Part shown: piece after piece, positions 45,932 to 55,794 of the stretch
How the letters are laid out: every line of letters starts with the position of its first letter
How positions within the stretch are numbered: the stretch's first letter is position 1
NCBI GenBank assembly: GCA_049320885.1
Contig: JBMORA010000009.1
Coordinates: 320,001-384,000, forward strand
DNA length: 64,000 nucleotides
Direction: 5' to 3'
Source: Thermodesulfobacteriota bacterium
GTDB taxonomy: Bacteria > Desulfobacterota > Desulfobacteria > Desulfobacterales > SURF-7
Translations under genes and position numbers: made by a program
The notes under the pieces: generated by a model
What the model saw: only the letters and a program-made list of their open reading frames with translations
Told to the model about the DNA's origin: nothing
Databases searched by the model: none

Positions 45932-46615
45932 ATGAACAGCGGTGACATATTCAATAGAGAGGGAGTTTTCTCCGGCATCCCGGCGGAAGAGCGGGCCGCC
46001 ATACTGAAGCGCGGCCGACGGCATGAATGTTCACCCGGCGCCATTGTTTTTCGCGAGGGGGAGCCCGCCCTGCGGTGTTATTTCGTTCAAAGCGACCGGC
46101 TCAAGTTGAGCAAGCTGCACGAAGGGGGCCGGGAGACCATCGTCCGGTACATCAATCCGGGCGAAATCGCCGCGGCGGTGGCGGTTTTCCGCGGGAAAAC
46201 CTATCCGGCCACAGCGGAGTCCGTTGGTTCCGCCGATATGGTTTCATGGGACCGGAGCACCATGCTCGACCTGCTGGCGGTCCATCCGCATTTGGCAAGC
46301 AATTTGCTGCGGGTGGTGGTCGACCGGCTGGACGACATCCAAAACCGCTACCTGGAATTGCAGGCCGAACAGGTGGATCGGCGCGTAGCCCGGGCATTGC
46401 TGCGCATCATGGTCCAGGCAGGGCGCAAAACAGATGAAGGCATTGTAATCGATTTCAGGCTTAGCCGCCAGGAACTGGCCGACTATACCGGCACCACATT
46501 GTTTACGGTCAGCCGCCTTCTCAGCGCCTGGGAAAAGAAGGGCTGGATTCTGTCCGGGCGGGAAAGAATCACCATTTCCGATCCCCACGCACTGGTACTT
46601 TTTTCGGAACGCTGA
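45932..46615 (+). CDS. Crp/Fnr-family regulator of NnrR type
   Basis: cNMP-binding fold. HTH 'SRQELADYTGTTLFTVSRLLSAWE' resembles NnrR. Confidence 0.85.
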   Translation: MNSGDIFNREGVFSGIPAEERAAILKRGRRHECSPGAIVFREGEPALRCYFVQSDRLKLSKLHEGGRETIVRYINPGEIAAAVAVFRGKTYPATAESVGSADMVSWDRSTMLDLLAVHPHLASNLLRVVVDRLDDIQNRYLELQAEQVDRRVARALLRIMVQAGRKTDEGIVIDFRLSRQELADYTGTTLFTVSRLLSAWEKKGWILSGRERITISDPHALVLFSER

Positions 46616-46654
46616 CCGCCGATATCATTCTTTTCCAAACCATGGTGATTCCTG

Positions 46655-46697
46655 TTTGCGATGGCGCAAAGACATGGTCAAACAGGATACGTATAGT
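46655..46697 (+). promoter_or_regulatory. NnrR-type box and -10 element (class II activated promoter)
   Basis: TTTGCG-ATGG-CGCAAA (46655-46670) and TATAGT (46692-46697). The box centre lies at -41.5 if the TSS is 46704. Confidence 0.7.
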
Positions 46698-46703
46698 CCG
46701 CGC

Positions 46704-46916
46704 ATGATTCTGCTGGACGGGAAAATGACAATCCAGGAGTTGCTTGTCGCCCATCCCGCGGCGATGGACGTTCTTGTCAGGCACCATATGGTTTGTATCG
46801 GGTGCCCGGCCCAGGCGTTTCATACCCTGGAGGAGGTTGCCCGGGCATATGGATATGAGCCGTCGGCCCTGTTTGACATCATTGCCAGGGCCATTGAAGC
46901 CGCGGAACCCGCATAA
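46704..46916 (+). CDS. DUF1858 / hybrid-cluster-protein-associated redox disulfide protein
   Basis: 'MTI.E....HP.A..V....M.CIGCP......TLEE.A..YG'. Start could be 46674, 46704 or 46725. Confidence 0.8.
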   Translation: MILLDGKMTIQELLVAHPAAMDVLVRHHMVCIGCPAQAFHTLEEVARAYGYEPSALFDIIARAIEAAEPA

Positions 46917-46995
46917 AACTATGCTTGAAACGGGGCGTCTGTCAGCGCCCCCTGTTTTTTGTAAACCGTTAACTTCACAAAGAGGAGGGGCTGCC

Positions 46996-48642
46996 ATGTT
47001 TTGTTTTCAGTGTCAGGAAACGGCTAAAAATCAGGGCTGTACGGTCAAAGGCGTATGCGGCAAACCCGAGGAAACCGCTAATCTACAGGATTTGCTCATT
47101 TATATATGCAGGGGCATCGCGGTTTATGGCGAGAAGGCAGCGAATGCGGGAGCACCTGACAGAGCCGCGGCTCAATTTATCCGTGAGGCCCTGTTTACCA
47201 CCATCACCAATGCGGCCTGGGATGACGATGTGATCGTCGACCGGATCAGGAAGGGCCTCACGATCCGGGAGGCGGTCAAGCAAAATGCGGGGGCCGCCGT
47301 TTCCGGCGCGCTGCCGGATTGCGCTGTCTGGAGTGCGCAGGATCAGCAGGCGATTCTGGCCAAGGCTTTGTCCGACGAGGTCCGCATCACCGCCGATGGA
47401 AACGAGGACGTGCGATCCCTCAAATGGCTGCTGATCATCGGCTGTAAAGGCATTGCCGCATATGCCGATCATGCCGCCATTCTCGGCTACAAAAAGGACA
47501 GCATTGACGCGTTTCTCATGGAGGCCTTGGCTTCCACCACCAAAACGCTTTCGGTGGACGAGATGATCGCCCTGGTCATGAAGGCCGGCGAGACGGCCGT
47601 TGCCGCCATGGCCCTGCTGGACGAGGCCAACACGGCGACCTATGGCCATCCGGAAATCACGGAAGTCAATATCGGCGTCGGCAATAGACCCGGCATCCTG
47701 ATTTCCGGCCACGATCTGAAAGACATGGAGGAGCTGCTCAAACAGACCGAGGGCGCCGGCGTTGACGTTTACACCCACGGAGAGATGCTGCCGGCCAACT
47801 ACTACCCGACTTTCAAAAAATACAGCCATTTCGTCGGCAACTACGGAAGTTCCTGGTGGCACCAGAACAAGGATTTCGAGTCCTTCAACGGTCCCGTCAT
47901 TCTGACGACCAACTGCCTGATTCCCATCAAAAGCGACAATACCTACAAAGACCGGCTTTTTACCACCGGCGTGGTCAGCTATCCCGGCGCCGCGCACATC
48001 GCGGATCGGGCACAGGGCGGGGTCAAGGATTTTTCACCGGTTATTGACCGGGCCAAACAATGCGTTCCGCCCACCGAGATCGAAACCGGCAAGATCGTCG
48101 GCGGGTTTGCCCATAACCAGGTGCTGGCGCTGGCCGATAAAGTGGTCGCTGCCGTCAAGTCCGGCGCGATCAAGCGGTTTGTGGTCATGGCCGGGTGCGA
48201 TGGCCGCCAGAAATCCCGGAGCTACTTCACCGAGGTGGCCGAAAACCTGCCCAAGGATACGGTGATCCTGACCGCCGGGTGCGCCAAATACCGGTACAAC
48301 AAGCTGGCCCTGGGGGATATCGGCGGTATCCCGCGGGTTCTGGACGCCGGGCAGTGCAACGACTCCTATTCGCTGGCGGTGATCGCCCTGAAGCTCAAGG
48401 AGGTTTTCGGACTGAGCGACATCAATGAGCTGCCCGTATCCTACGATATCGCCTGGTATGAGCAGAAGGCCGTGGCCGTGCTGCTGGCGCTGCTGTTTCT
48501 CGGGGTCAAGGGCATTCGCCTCGGTCCCACCCTGCCGGGCTTTTTGTCACCCACCGTGGCCGGCGTGCTGGTGGAAAAATTCGGCATCAAGCCCATCGGC
48601 AGCGTGGCCGACGATATCGCGGCCATGATGGCGGGCAAATAA
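46996..48642 (+). CDS. hcp: Hybrid cluster protein (hydroxylamine/NO reductase)
   Basis: 'MFCFQCQET...GCT..GVCGK', 'SGHDL', 'THGEMLP', 'GCDG', 'GQCNDSY', 'WYEQKA'. Confidence 0.96.
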   Translation: MFCFQCQETAKNQGCTVKGVCGKPEETANLQDLLIYICRGIAVYGEKAANAGAPDRAAAQFIREALFTTITNAAWDDDVIVDRIRKGLTIREAVKQNAGAAVSGALPDCAVWSAQDQQAILAKALSDEVRITADGNEDVRSLKWLLIIGCKGIAAYADHAAILGYKKDSIDAFLMEALASTTKTLSVDEMIALVMKAGETAVAAMALLDEANTATYGHPEITEVNIGVGNRPGILISGHDLKDMEELLKQTEGAGVDVYTHGEMLPANYYPTFKKYSHFVGNYGSSWWHQNKDFESFNGPVILTTNCLIPIKSDNTYKDRLFTTGVVSYPGAAHIADRAQGGVKDFSPVIDRAKQCVPPTEIETGKIVGGFAHNQVLALADKVVAAVKSGAIKRFVVMAGCDGRQKSRSYFTEVAENLPKDTVILTAGCAKYRYNKLALGDIGGIPRVLDAGQCNDSYSLAVIALKLKEVFGLSDINELPVSYDIAWYEQKAVAVLLALLFLGVKGIRLGPTLPGFLSPTVAGVLVEKFGIKPIGSVADDIAAMMAGK

Positions 48643-48739
48643 CCTTCCGGCAGGCAGGGACGCGCGGTCTCTGCCTGCCTCCGGAAGCCGATCGGCGGCG
48701 CGCGCGTTCAACCAACACCATAGTAACGGAGGGGCTCCC

Positions 48740-50977
48740 ATGACATCACCCAGAGTAAAAGCGGTATTTTTATTTTGTCTTGCCCTGACATTCGGTATTC
48801 TGATCTTCGGCGGCTATCTGATCCACAGGGAAAAGCCGCCGATTCCGGAAAAAATCGTCGGTCCCGCTGGCGATACGTTGATATCCATCGAGGATATTCG
48901 CGACGGGCAGAATTATTATTTCAGCCGCGGCGGCCAGCATATCGGAACGATCTGGGGGCATGGCTCCTACCTGGCTCCGGACTGGTCGGCCGATTTTCTT
49001 CACCGCATGGGTCTTTACCTGGCTGCCCGCCATCACGGCCTTTTGCCGGATCAGGCGAAAGCCTTTTCCCAGGCCGCGTATGACCGGTTGGCGCCCGCGG
49101 AACGGGCCCGGCTCCAGTCCCTGGTGGAAGAGGAAATGAAAACCAACCGCTACGATCCTGCGAGCGACGTGCTGCATTTCACCGAATATCAGGCCGAAGC
49201 GCTCGGCGTGTTGACGGGATATTATACCGATCTTTTCACGAACGGTAATGAACGGATGGGGCTGCAACCCGGCATCGTTCAGACACCCGCCCAGGGGCGC
49301 CTTGTAACCGGTTTTTTTGCCTGGTTGGCCTGGGCCGCCGGAACGCTTCGTCTTGACGCGGACCACACCTATACCACCAACTGGCCGTATGACCCGCTGG
49401 TCGGCAACGAACCGTTGCCGGAGTTTTTGATCTGGTCGATTGTGAGCGTCGTCCTGCTGATCTTCGGCATTGCCGCGGCGCTTTTCATCTACCAGCGATA
49501 TGTCGGCCGGGATGAATACGACGCAAAGCTGCACCTCGACTTTGCCGAACCGGCCCCGACCCCGAGCCAGAAAGCCACGCTGGTCTTTTTTCTGACCGCC
49601 ATCGCCTTGTTTGTCATCCAGATCGGCATGGGGGCCCTGACCGCCCATTATACGGTGGAAGGCAGCGCCTTTTTCGGTCTTCCGCTGGCCAAAATCCTGC
49701 CCTACGCGGCGGTGCGCACCTGGCATCTTCAACTGGCCATTTTCTTTATCGCCACCTGTTTCCTTGCCGCGGGTCTGTTTATCGGCCCGTTCGTCGGCAG
49801 GGAGCCCAAAGGTCAGGCGGGTTTGGCGCTTGCTCTTTTCGCGGCCCTGGTAGTGGTCGTGCTCGGGACCTTGTCGGGAACATGGGTCTCCATCGCCGGC
49901 CTGCTCGGCGGGGACGGCTTTCTTCTCGGGCATCAGGGCTATGAATACATCGAGCTCGGAAGGCTCTGGCAGCTGTTGCTCATCGTCGGGATGATTCTCT
50001 GGCTGGTGCTGGTCTGGCGCGCGATCCGGCCGGCGTTGCGAGATGAAAACGACAGCGGCGGATTGACCCACATGCTTCTTTACAGCTCGATCAGCATCCC
50101 GCTCTTTTACATGGCCGGGCTTATGTATGGAAAAGGCAGCCATCTTTCCGATGCGGAATATTGGCGCTGGTGGGTCGTCCATCTCTGGGTGGAAGGATTT
50201 TTCGAGGTTTTCGCCACGGTGGTCATGGCCTTTCTGCTGTCACATATCGGCGCGGTCAGCAGACAATTCGCCTTGACAAGCGTCTATTTCACCATATTCC
50301 TGTACCTCGGAAGCGGTGTCGTCGGAACCTTCCACCACCTCTACTGGTCCGGAAGTCCGACGGCCGTTATCGCCCTGGGCGCGGTTTTTTCAGCCCTGGA
50401 GGTGGTTCCCCTGTCCCTGCTCGGTTTCGAGGCCGCCCACAACCTGCGGGTCATCGAGGCCGGTGGAAATTCCTATGCCTATCGCTGGCCGATTTATTTT
50501 TTCGTCTCGGTTGCCTTCTGGAATCTTGTCGGCGCCGGTGTTTTTGGTTTCCTGATCAACCCGCCGATCGTGCTCTACTACGCCCAGGGCATCAACACCA
50601 CCCCGATCCACTCCCATACCGCACTTTTCGGGGTCTACGGCATGCTGGCCATCTCCCTACTGCTCTTCTCCGTGCGGCATATCGTATCCCGGGCGGCATG
50701 GTCCGATCAGATGCTCAAATGGAGTTTCTGGGGATTGAACGGCGGGCTCGCGGCAATGGCGGTTTTCAGTCTGATCCCATCGGGCTTTTATCAATTTTAT
50801 TTCGCCGTCAAGCATGGCCTGTGGTTCGCCCGCAGCCCGGAAATCGCATCCGGCGACGTGATCCGCATGCTGAGCTGGGCGCGGATGGTCCCGGACATCA
50901 TCTTTTCGTTCGGTGCTATCGCCTTGTTTTTGTTCCTGCTCCGGGGTGTCTGGCTGAGTTTTTTGAAGAAAGCGTAA
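48740..50977 (+). CDS. norB: Quinol-dependent nitric oxide reductase (qNor)
   Basis: 'WGHGSYLAPDW', 'WWVVHLWVEGFFE', 'GTFHHLYW', 'HSHTALFGVYG'. Single subunit of 745 aa. Confidence 0.94.
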   Translation: MTSPRVKAVFLFCLALTFGILIFGGYLIHREKPPIPEKIVGPAGDTLISIEDIRDGQNYYFSRGGQHIGTIWGHGSYLAPDWSADFLHRMGLYLAARHHGLLPDQAKAFSQAAYDRLAPAERARLQSLVEEEMKTNRYDPASDVLHFTEYQAEALGVLTGYYTDLFTNGNERMGLQPGIVQTPAQGRLVTGFFAWLAWAAGTLRLDADHTYTTNWPYDPLVGNEPLPEFLIWSIVSVVLLIFGIAAALFIYQRYVGRDEYDAKLHLDFAEPAPTPSQKATLVFFLTAIALFVIQIGMGALTAHYTVEGSAFFGLPLAKILPYAAVRTWHLQLAIFFIATCFLAAGLFIGPFVGREPKGQAGLALALFAALVVVVLGTLSGTWVSIAGLLGGDGFLLGHQGYEYIELGRLWQLLLIVGMILWLVLVWRAIRPALRDENDSGGLTHMLLYSSISIPLFYMAGLMYGKGSHLSDAEYWRWWVVHLWVEGFFEVFATVVMAFLLSHIGAVSRQFALTSVYFTIFLYLGSGVVGTFHHLYWSGSPTAVIALGAVFSALEVVPLSLLGFEAAHNLRVIEAGGNSYAYRWPIYFFVSVAFWNLVGAGVFGFLINPPIVLYYAQGINTTPIHSHTALFGVYGMLAISLLLFSVRHIVSRAAWSDQMLKWSFWGLNGGLAAMAVFSLIPSGFYQFYFAVKHGLWFARSPEIASGDVIRMLSWARMVPDIIFSFGAIALFLFLLRGVWLSFLKKA

Positions 50978-51281
50978 GCCCAGGCAGGCCCAGCTCCCGA
51001 AGTCCGAGAAGGCTGTCGGCGAATAGTACCAGAACGCCGGCCGAAGCCCGTTGGTGAGAGCGGCTGTGCCCCCAGGGTTGAATTGGTGGGGCCGGCCCCA
51101 TTTACCCCGCGCTATCGCTTTCCGGATATTCACTTTTTGGGATCGCCCTTTCCCCACAGGGGATCGGCGCTGAAACGCTCAAACCACCATTCTTCTTTTC
51201 AAGTTTTGAAAGCAGAAACGTCTTTTCTTTGGATTGTCCGAGCTGAAACAATGATTGCCGACTGACTGATGATGAAACAGC

Positions 51282-52556
51282 TCACGGTTGGTCCACTACC
51301 CCATGGTTGTTTGCAGGCACCGGAATATCGCGGCCAAAAACAGCAAATCCAATGGTGCCGAAGACCCCGCAGATAAATGCGGTAAGGAGATTCGTTTGCG
51401 GGCTGATTTGCCACAAGAAGGCGCCGCCCAGGGCCGCCAGGGAAACAACACTATCACGGATCAGATAATACAGGCCGAACATGCCCGCCTTGCAATGATC
51501 CGGAGACAGATCCATGATCAGCGCCTTGCGGGTGGGTTCGCCGAATTCTTTCAGCCCTCTCAAGATGAAGGCGACGATCAGCCACTCGAAGTCGCGGCTG
51601 AACAGCAGCACCAGGGGAAACAGGGTGAAGAAGACGAAGGTCGTCAGGACAAACGGCTTTTTGGCGCCGCGGTCGGCCAGGTAGGCCACGGGGATGTAGA
51701 CAAGCACCGCCGTGGTCATTTCGATGGCGGTCAGCAGGCCGAACCGGACGGCAGAAACCGGCTGGGCAATGGTCTTCATGCACCAGATCACCACGAAGGC
51801 ATAGGGAATCTGCTCGCAAAAACGGATGAGAATGTCGGTTGCCAGCAGGTTTTTCATGGCCGGATTCATCAGGCGCAGCAGTTTCAGCGGATTTTTCCCC
51901 GGACTGAGAGCGTTGGTTTCGGAGGCGGGATCATTGCGGGGCGTGTCGTCCTCGATCATCCGCTGTTGTAAAAACAGGGCGGCAACGGCCATGGCAAGGG
52001 CCGCTCCGAAGGCGAGGCGGACGCCAACCTGTTCGCCCCAGACATGGATAAGGACACCCCCAAGCAGGGGGCCGAGGGCCATGGGGATGCGATTCACCAG
52101 CGAATGCATGCTGACCCCCATGGTGCGCTTGTTCAGTGGCAGCACCTTGTACATCAGACTCATGGTGGCCGGCAGGGATATGGACGACCAGGAAATGAAG
52201 AGTACCGCGCCGATGAGCACAGCCTGCCAGGCCGGGGCCAGGATCACCAGGGCGAAACCGGCCATGGCCACCAGGTTGAAAATCAGCAGCGACTTTTTTG
52301 TGCCGATACGGTCGGACAAATATCCGCCGGGAAAGGAGTAAAGGGCCGACAGCAGGTTGTCCATGGCCTGCAGCAAGCCGATGGCCAGCGCTCCGCCCCC
52401 CAGGGCCAGCATGTAGATGGGCAGGAAGCGCTCGGCCATGCGCTCGCCCATGCCCACCAGCACCACCATGGACAGCACGCCGACGGTGCCGCGCTGCAGG
52501 CCGAGAAAATCGGTAAGCCTTGAGGCGCGGGTTTTTATGGGTTCGGAAGTGGACAT
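51282..52556 (-). CDS. MFS transporter
   Basis: 'GGYLSDRIG.K', 'YLADR..KK', about 12 TM. Last gene of the chrB operon. Confidence 0.88.
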   Translation of the reverse strand: MSTSEPIKTRASRLTDFLGLQRGTVGVLSMVVLVGMGERMAERFLPIYMLALGGGALAIGLLQAMDNLLSALYSFPGGYLSDRIGTKKSLLIFNLVAMAGFALVILAPAWQAVLIGAVLFISWSSISLPATMSLMYKVLPLNKRTMGVSMHSLVNRIPMALGPLLGGVLIHVWGEQVGVRLAFGAALAMAVAALFLQQRMIEDDTPRNDPASETNALSPGKNPLKLLRLMNPAMKNLLATDILIRFCEQIPYAFVVIWCMKTIAQPVSAVRFGLLTAIEMTTAVLVYIPVAYLADRGAKKPFVLTTFVFFTLFPLVLLFSRDFEWLIVAFILRGLKEFGEPTRKALIMDLSPDHCKAGMFGLYYLIRDSVVSLAALGGAFLWQISPQTNLLTAFICGVFGTIGFAVFGRDIPVPANNHGVVDQP

Positions 52557-52567
52557 GGTGTTGTTCC

Positions 52568-53005
52568 CTATGACTCCCTTTTGGCAACATCCAGCCGGCA
52601 CCAGGCATACAGGGCGTCGTAGACCTCGAACTGCCTTTCGATATTCTCCCGGTCGTCCGGAAACCGCAGGCCGTAGCCCACGGCGATGGCCTCGAAACCG
52701 GCCGCGAGGGGATCGGCATCCAAGCGGCCGGTGTCGGCCGCGTTGATCACCTTGGCCATACGCAGCAGGGCCGCATCCGTCAGGCGGTAATCCTCAATGA
52801 TCGCATCGAAGGTGCAACGGTCATTCCGGTGGTGCAGTCCGGCTCCCTCGGTGTCAAAGGGTATCGCGCCGGTTTTTTCGGCGATTTCCATCACCTTGCT
52901 TTTGGGAACGAAAAGAAACTCGGCATCCGAATCGACGAACCGGGTGATCAGCCAGGGACAGGCCACGCGATCCACGTGGACATGGGATCGGGTTATCCAT
53001 TTCAT
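52568..53005 (-). CDS. Chromate-resistance domain protein (ChrF/ChrB C-terminal-like)
   Basis: 'WITR....VDRVACPWLI.RFVD..AEFLFV', 'H....CTFD', 'YDALY.WC'. Confidence 0.85.
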   Translation of the reverse strand: MKWITRSHVHVDRVACPWLITRFVDSDAEFLFVPKSKVMEIAEKTGAIPFDTEGAGLHHRNDRCTFDAIIEDYRLTDAALLRMAKVINAADTGRLDADPLAAGFEAIAVGYGLRFPDDRENIERQFEVYDALYAWCRLDVAKRES

Positions 53006-53049
53006 TGGTGTGCTCCTATTGTTTTTGGGCTCCGAAATTAGCCAGGGTT

Positions 53050-54033
53050 TTATTTGGCAGGGTCTCGCCTTCGCCTTTTGAAATACGAGTATAGATTATC
53101 AAAAAGATGATATCCTTCCGTCATCCGCCGGTCATCATCCGGATGCGCGGCCGTCAGCCCCGTAAGGAGGGCTTCAAGCCCGGAGATTTCGCTTCGGCCG
53201 TATTTACCGTCTTTCAGGTCGAGGTCGTGGACAATTTCGGCCATGGGGACCACTGCATGGTCCTGCAGTTGGAGACGTTGGATCATGACCTCGAAAGTGC
53301 AGCGGTCCCCTTCGTGGGTGTATTCCCCTTCGAACATATCAAACCGGATCTCGCCTGGACCAGGGCGATAGCGCGGCTCACGAACAAATTTGAATGCCGC
53401 CGCCGGATCGACGAACCGGCGGATCAGCCAGCCGCAGGCGATCCGGTCGACGAAAAGGTTGGCGCGGGTTACCCAGGTTTTTCCCGTCAAGTCTTTGATT
53501 TCTTCTGTGGCGGAACGGTCGGCGGGCGGCTGCCCGGACAAACGGCTTTCCAATTCCCTGAGGTGCAATTCCGCGGTGGAGCGATCCGGTGCCTGGAAAA
53601 AATCGATGGCCGATATTTCGTCCAGCCGTCGCTTCAATCTAGTCAACTGGGCCGCTCTCTTAACAGCGGGGTCCCGGGGATCGCTTTCTGTGGATGACCA
53701 CTCGGTGAGCAAGGCTTTGGCCTCCTGGATCAGTTTCTCGTAGTCCGATTTGCGGGCATTATGGAACAGCGTGAGTATCTGATTGTCCGAAAGGCCCTCC
53801 ACAAAGCGCGCCTCTAAAAGGGAGCCATCCCCGCCGCCCGCGACAATTTCCTTGAGGGTCCAGCTCAAATCCTCCCGTGCTATTTCTGACAGGGGCATTA
53901 CATACACCGATTGCTTGATCGCCACAGCCCCCACTTGTTGCAGGCGCCTCCAGATTTTCACGCGCAGGGCGTCGGGCTTCGGAGGGATTTGATGGATCAG
54001 CAAAAGCCATTTTCTTGTATCAGTAGATGTCAT
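53050..54033 (-). CDS. chrB: Chromate-responsive regulator
   Basis: N-terminal 'WLLL..QIP.....LRV..WRRL...GA', 'IDFF'. C-terminal 'WVTR....VDRIACGWLIRRF'. Confidence 0.88.
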   Translation of the reverse strand: MTSTDTRKWLLLIHQIPPKPDALRVKIWRRLQQVGAVAIKQSVYVMPLSEIAREDLSWTLKEIVAGGGDGSLLEARFVEGLSDNQILTLFHNARKSDYEKLIQEAKALLTEWSSTESDPRDPAVKRAAQLTRLKRRLDEISAIDFFQAPDRSTAELHLRELESRLSGQPPADRSATEEIKDLTGKTWVTRANLFVDRIACGWLIRRFVDPAAAFKFVREPRYRPGPGEIRFDMFEGEYTHEGDRCTFEVMIQRLQLQDHAVVPMAEIVHDLDLKDGKYGRSEISGLEALLTGLTAAHPDDDRRMTEGYHLFDNLYSYFKRRRRDPAK

Positions 54034-54051
54034 GACAACCTCGTGTACAAA

Positions 54052-54080
54052 TGTAACATATCAATGAAACAGTTGTTACA
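54052..54080. promoter_or_regulatory. Inverted repeat upstream of chrB (candidate ChrB operator)
   Basis: TGTAACA-N15-TGTTACA next to a minus-strand TTGACA (54089-54084). Confidence 0.45.
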
Positions 54081-54295
54081 ATTTGTCAAGGAAATATTTT
54101 TTTCGCAGCCGGAAAGGAAGACCGACAACCCGTCGATAGCGTCGGCTGGGAGGGCGTCGGCAGTCGCTTTTGCGCGCCTCTTCGCATACAGGCACTCGCT
54201 GTACAGCAACCCGCTGGCGGTTTTGTTATTATAATGACTACCCGGAGTCATTTGTTTTCCCTATGTTATCTCGCTTTCCAACGGCTTTTGAGCAT

Positions 54296-54311
54296 TGGCA
54301 CGCTCTATGCT
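54296..54311 (+). promoter_or_regulatory. Sigma54 (-24/-12) promoter
   Basis: TGGCACGCTCTATGCT, with correct GG-N10-GC spacing. Confidence 0.7.
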
Positions 54312-54385
54312 GTACAATAAGGCATGGCTGCATGTTCGGAAAACCGGAGGTATCGCAGCCTGAACTCCGGAAGAAAGGAGGCGAT

Positions 54386-54760
54386 ATGCCAAGAGGAGAT
54401 CGTACAGGACCTTTGGGAATGGGCTCGATGAAGGGCCGTGCATCCGGGTATTGCGCGGGCTATGGGATGCCGGGATACGCGAATTCGGCTCCCAGAAGGG
54501 CTTTTGGGAGAGGCCGCGGCTCATTCGGCGGGTATGGCGGCGGGGGCCGGGGATGGCGGCATATGGTTTATGCCACCGGACAACCCGGCTGGATGCGCGG
54601 GGCGGGAGCCGGTTTTTACGGCACCCCGGCGCCCTATCCGGCCATTGATCCGGCGATGGAAAAACAGGCGCTGCAGAACCAGGCAAGCGCACTGAAGGCG
54701 GAACTGGATTCCATCAACAGGCGTCTTGCCGAAGTCGAAAAAGGCATGGAAACCGAATAG
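54386..54760 (+). CDS. DUF5320-family protein
   Basis: 'MPRGDRTGP.G.G...GR..GYC.G', Gly/Arg-rich middle, coiled-coil end. RBS AAGGAGG. Confidence 0.85.
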   Translation: MPRGDRTGPLGMGSMKGRASGYCAGYGMPGYANSAPRRAFGRGRGSFGGYGGGGRGWRHMVYATGQPGWMRGAGAGFYGTPAPYPAIDPAMEKQALQNQASALKAELDSINRRLAEVEKGMETE

Positions 54761-54860
54761 CCGTCATCGATGGGTTCGTGACAATGGCCGCGCGCATCCG
54801 GAATGCAGTGCGGCTATTGTTTTTGCTTTCGATTCGTACCTCATCCGACAGGATATACGG

Positions 54861-55763
54861 ATGGCCAAGGAAACCACACAAACGAGCTGCGACGCCTGTG
54901 GAGATAAAAGCTGTTCCGCCGCTAGTCGCAAGAAAGACGAGAGCCAGGAGGAATTTGAAGACCGCCGGAAGCTCCAATCCAGACTCTGTCGTATCCGCCA
55001 TAAGGTCGCCGTGCTCTCCGGCAAGGGCGGCGTCGGCAAAAGCACGGTTTCGGTGAATCTTGCCGTCGCATTGATGATGGCCGGAAAGCGGGTGGGATTG
55101 CTGGATATCGATATCCATGGTCCCAGTATTCCGACCATGCTGGGGCTGGAAGCACAGGCGCTTCAGGGCTGCGAGGAAGGGGTGCTGCCGGTTCAGGCGG
55201 ATGGGATAAAAGTCATGTCCATCGGCTTCCTGTTGCAGGGCCCGGACGAAGCCGTGATCTGGCGAGGCCCCAGGAAAATGGGGGTGATCAAGCAGTTCCT
55301 GAAGGATGTGGTGTGGGGGGATCTGGACTACCTGATCATCGATTCCCCGCCGGGAACCGGCGACGAACCGCTCTCCATCTGTCAGCTCATCGGTCGGCTG
55401 GACGGAGCCGTCATCGTCACCACCCCGCAAAAAGTGGCTGCCGTGGATGTGCGCAAATCCATCACTTTCTGCAGGCACCTTGAGGTTCCGGTGCTCGGCG
55501 TCATTGAAAACATGAGCGGATTCGTCTGCCCCAAATGCGGCGAGCTGACGCCGATACTGCAAACCGGAGGTGGACTGAAAATCGCTGTGGATATGGCGGT
55601 TCCTTTTCTGGGCGCCATCCCCATGGACCCGAAAGTCGCCGAGGCTTGCGACAAGGGCCTGGCGTTCGTTCAGCACTACTCCCAAACGCCGACCGCCGGC
55701 ATCATGCGGGAGATCATTCAGCCGCTGATGGCCGTCATGGAACAGCCCCGAAGTATAAGATAA
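54861..55763 (+). CDS. Mrp/NBP35 (ApbC) Fe-S cluster carrier ATPase
   Basis: 'SGKGGVGKST', 'DIDIHGPS', 'WRGP', 'DSPPGTGD', 'ENMS.F.CP.C'. Confidence 0.92.
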   Translation: MAKETTQTSCDACGDKSCSAASRKKDESQEEFEDRRKLQSRLCRIRHKVAVLSGKGGVGKSTVSVNLAVALMMAGKRVGLLDIDIHGPSIPTMLGLEAQALQGCEEGVLPVQADGIKVMSIGFLLQGPDEAVIWRGPRKMGVIKQFLKDVVWGDLDYLIIDSPPGTGDEPLSICQLIGRLDGAVIVTTPQKVAAVDVRKSITFCRHLEVPVLGVIENMSGFVCPKCGELTPILQTGGGLKIAVDMAVPFLGAIPMDPKVAEACDKGLAFVQHYSQTPTAGIMREIIQPLMAVMEQPRSIR

Positions 55764-55794
55764 CAAAACGTCAAAACAAGGAAAGGCGTGGGAT

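Noticed and set aside
48649..48679. Intrinsic terminator between hcp and qNor
   Set aside because: Strong hairpin but no U-tract on the + strand. More likely a stabilising or attenuating structure.
48740..50977. NO dismutase (Nod) variant
   Set aside because: Canonical qNor residues (HLWVEGFFE, HH, HxH) are retained.
50978..51281. Small RNA or gene between qNor and the MFS gene
   Set aside because: No recognisable RNA family and no ORF with a convincing RBS.
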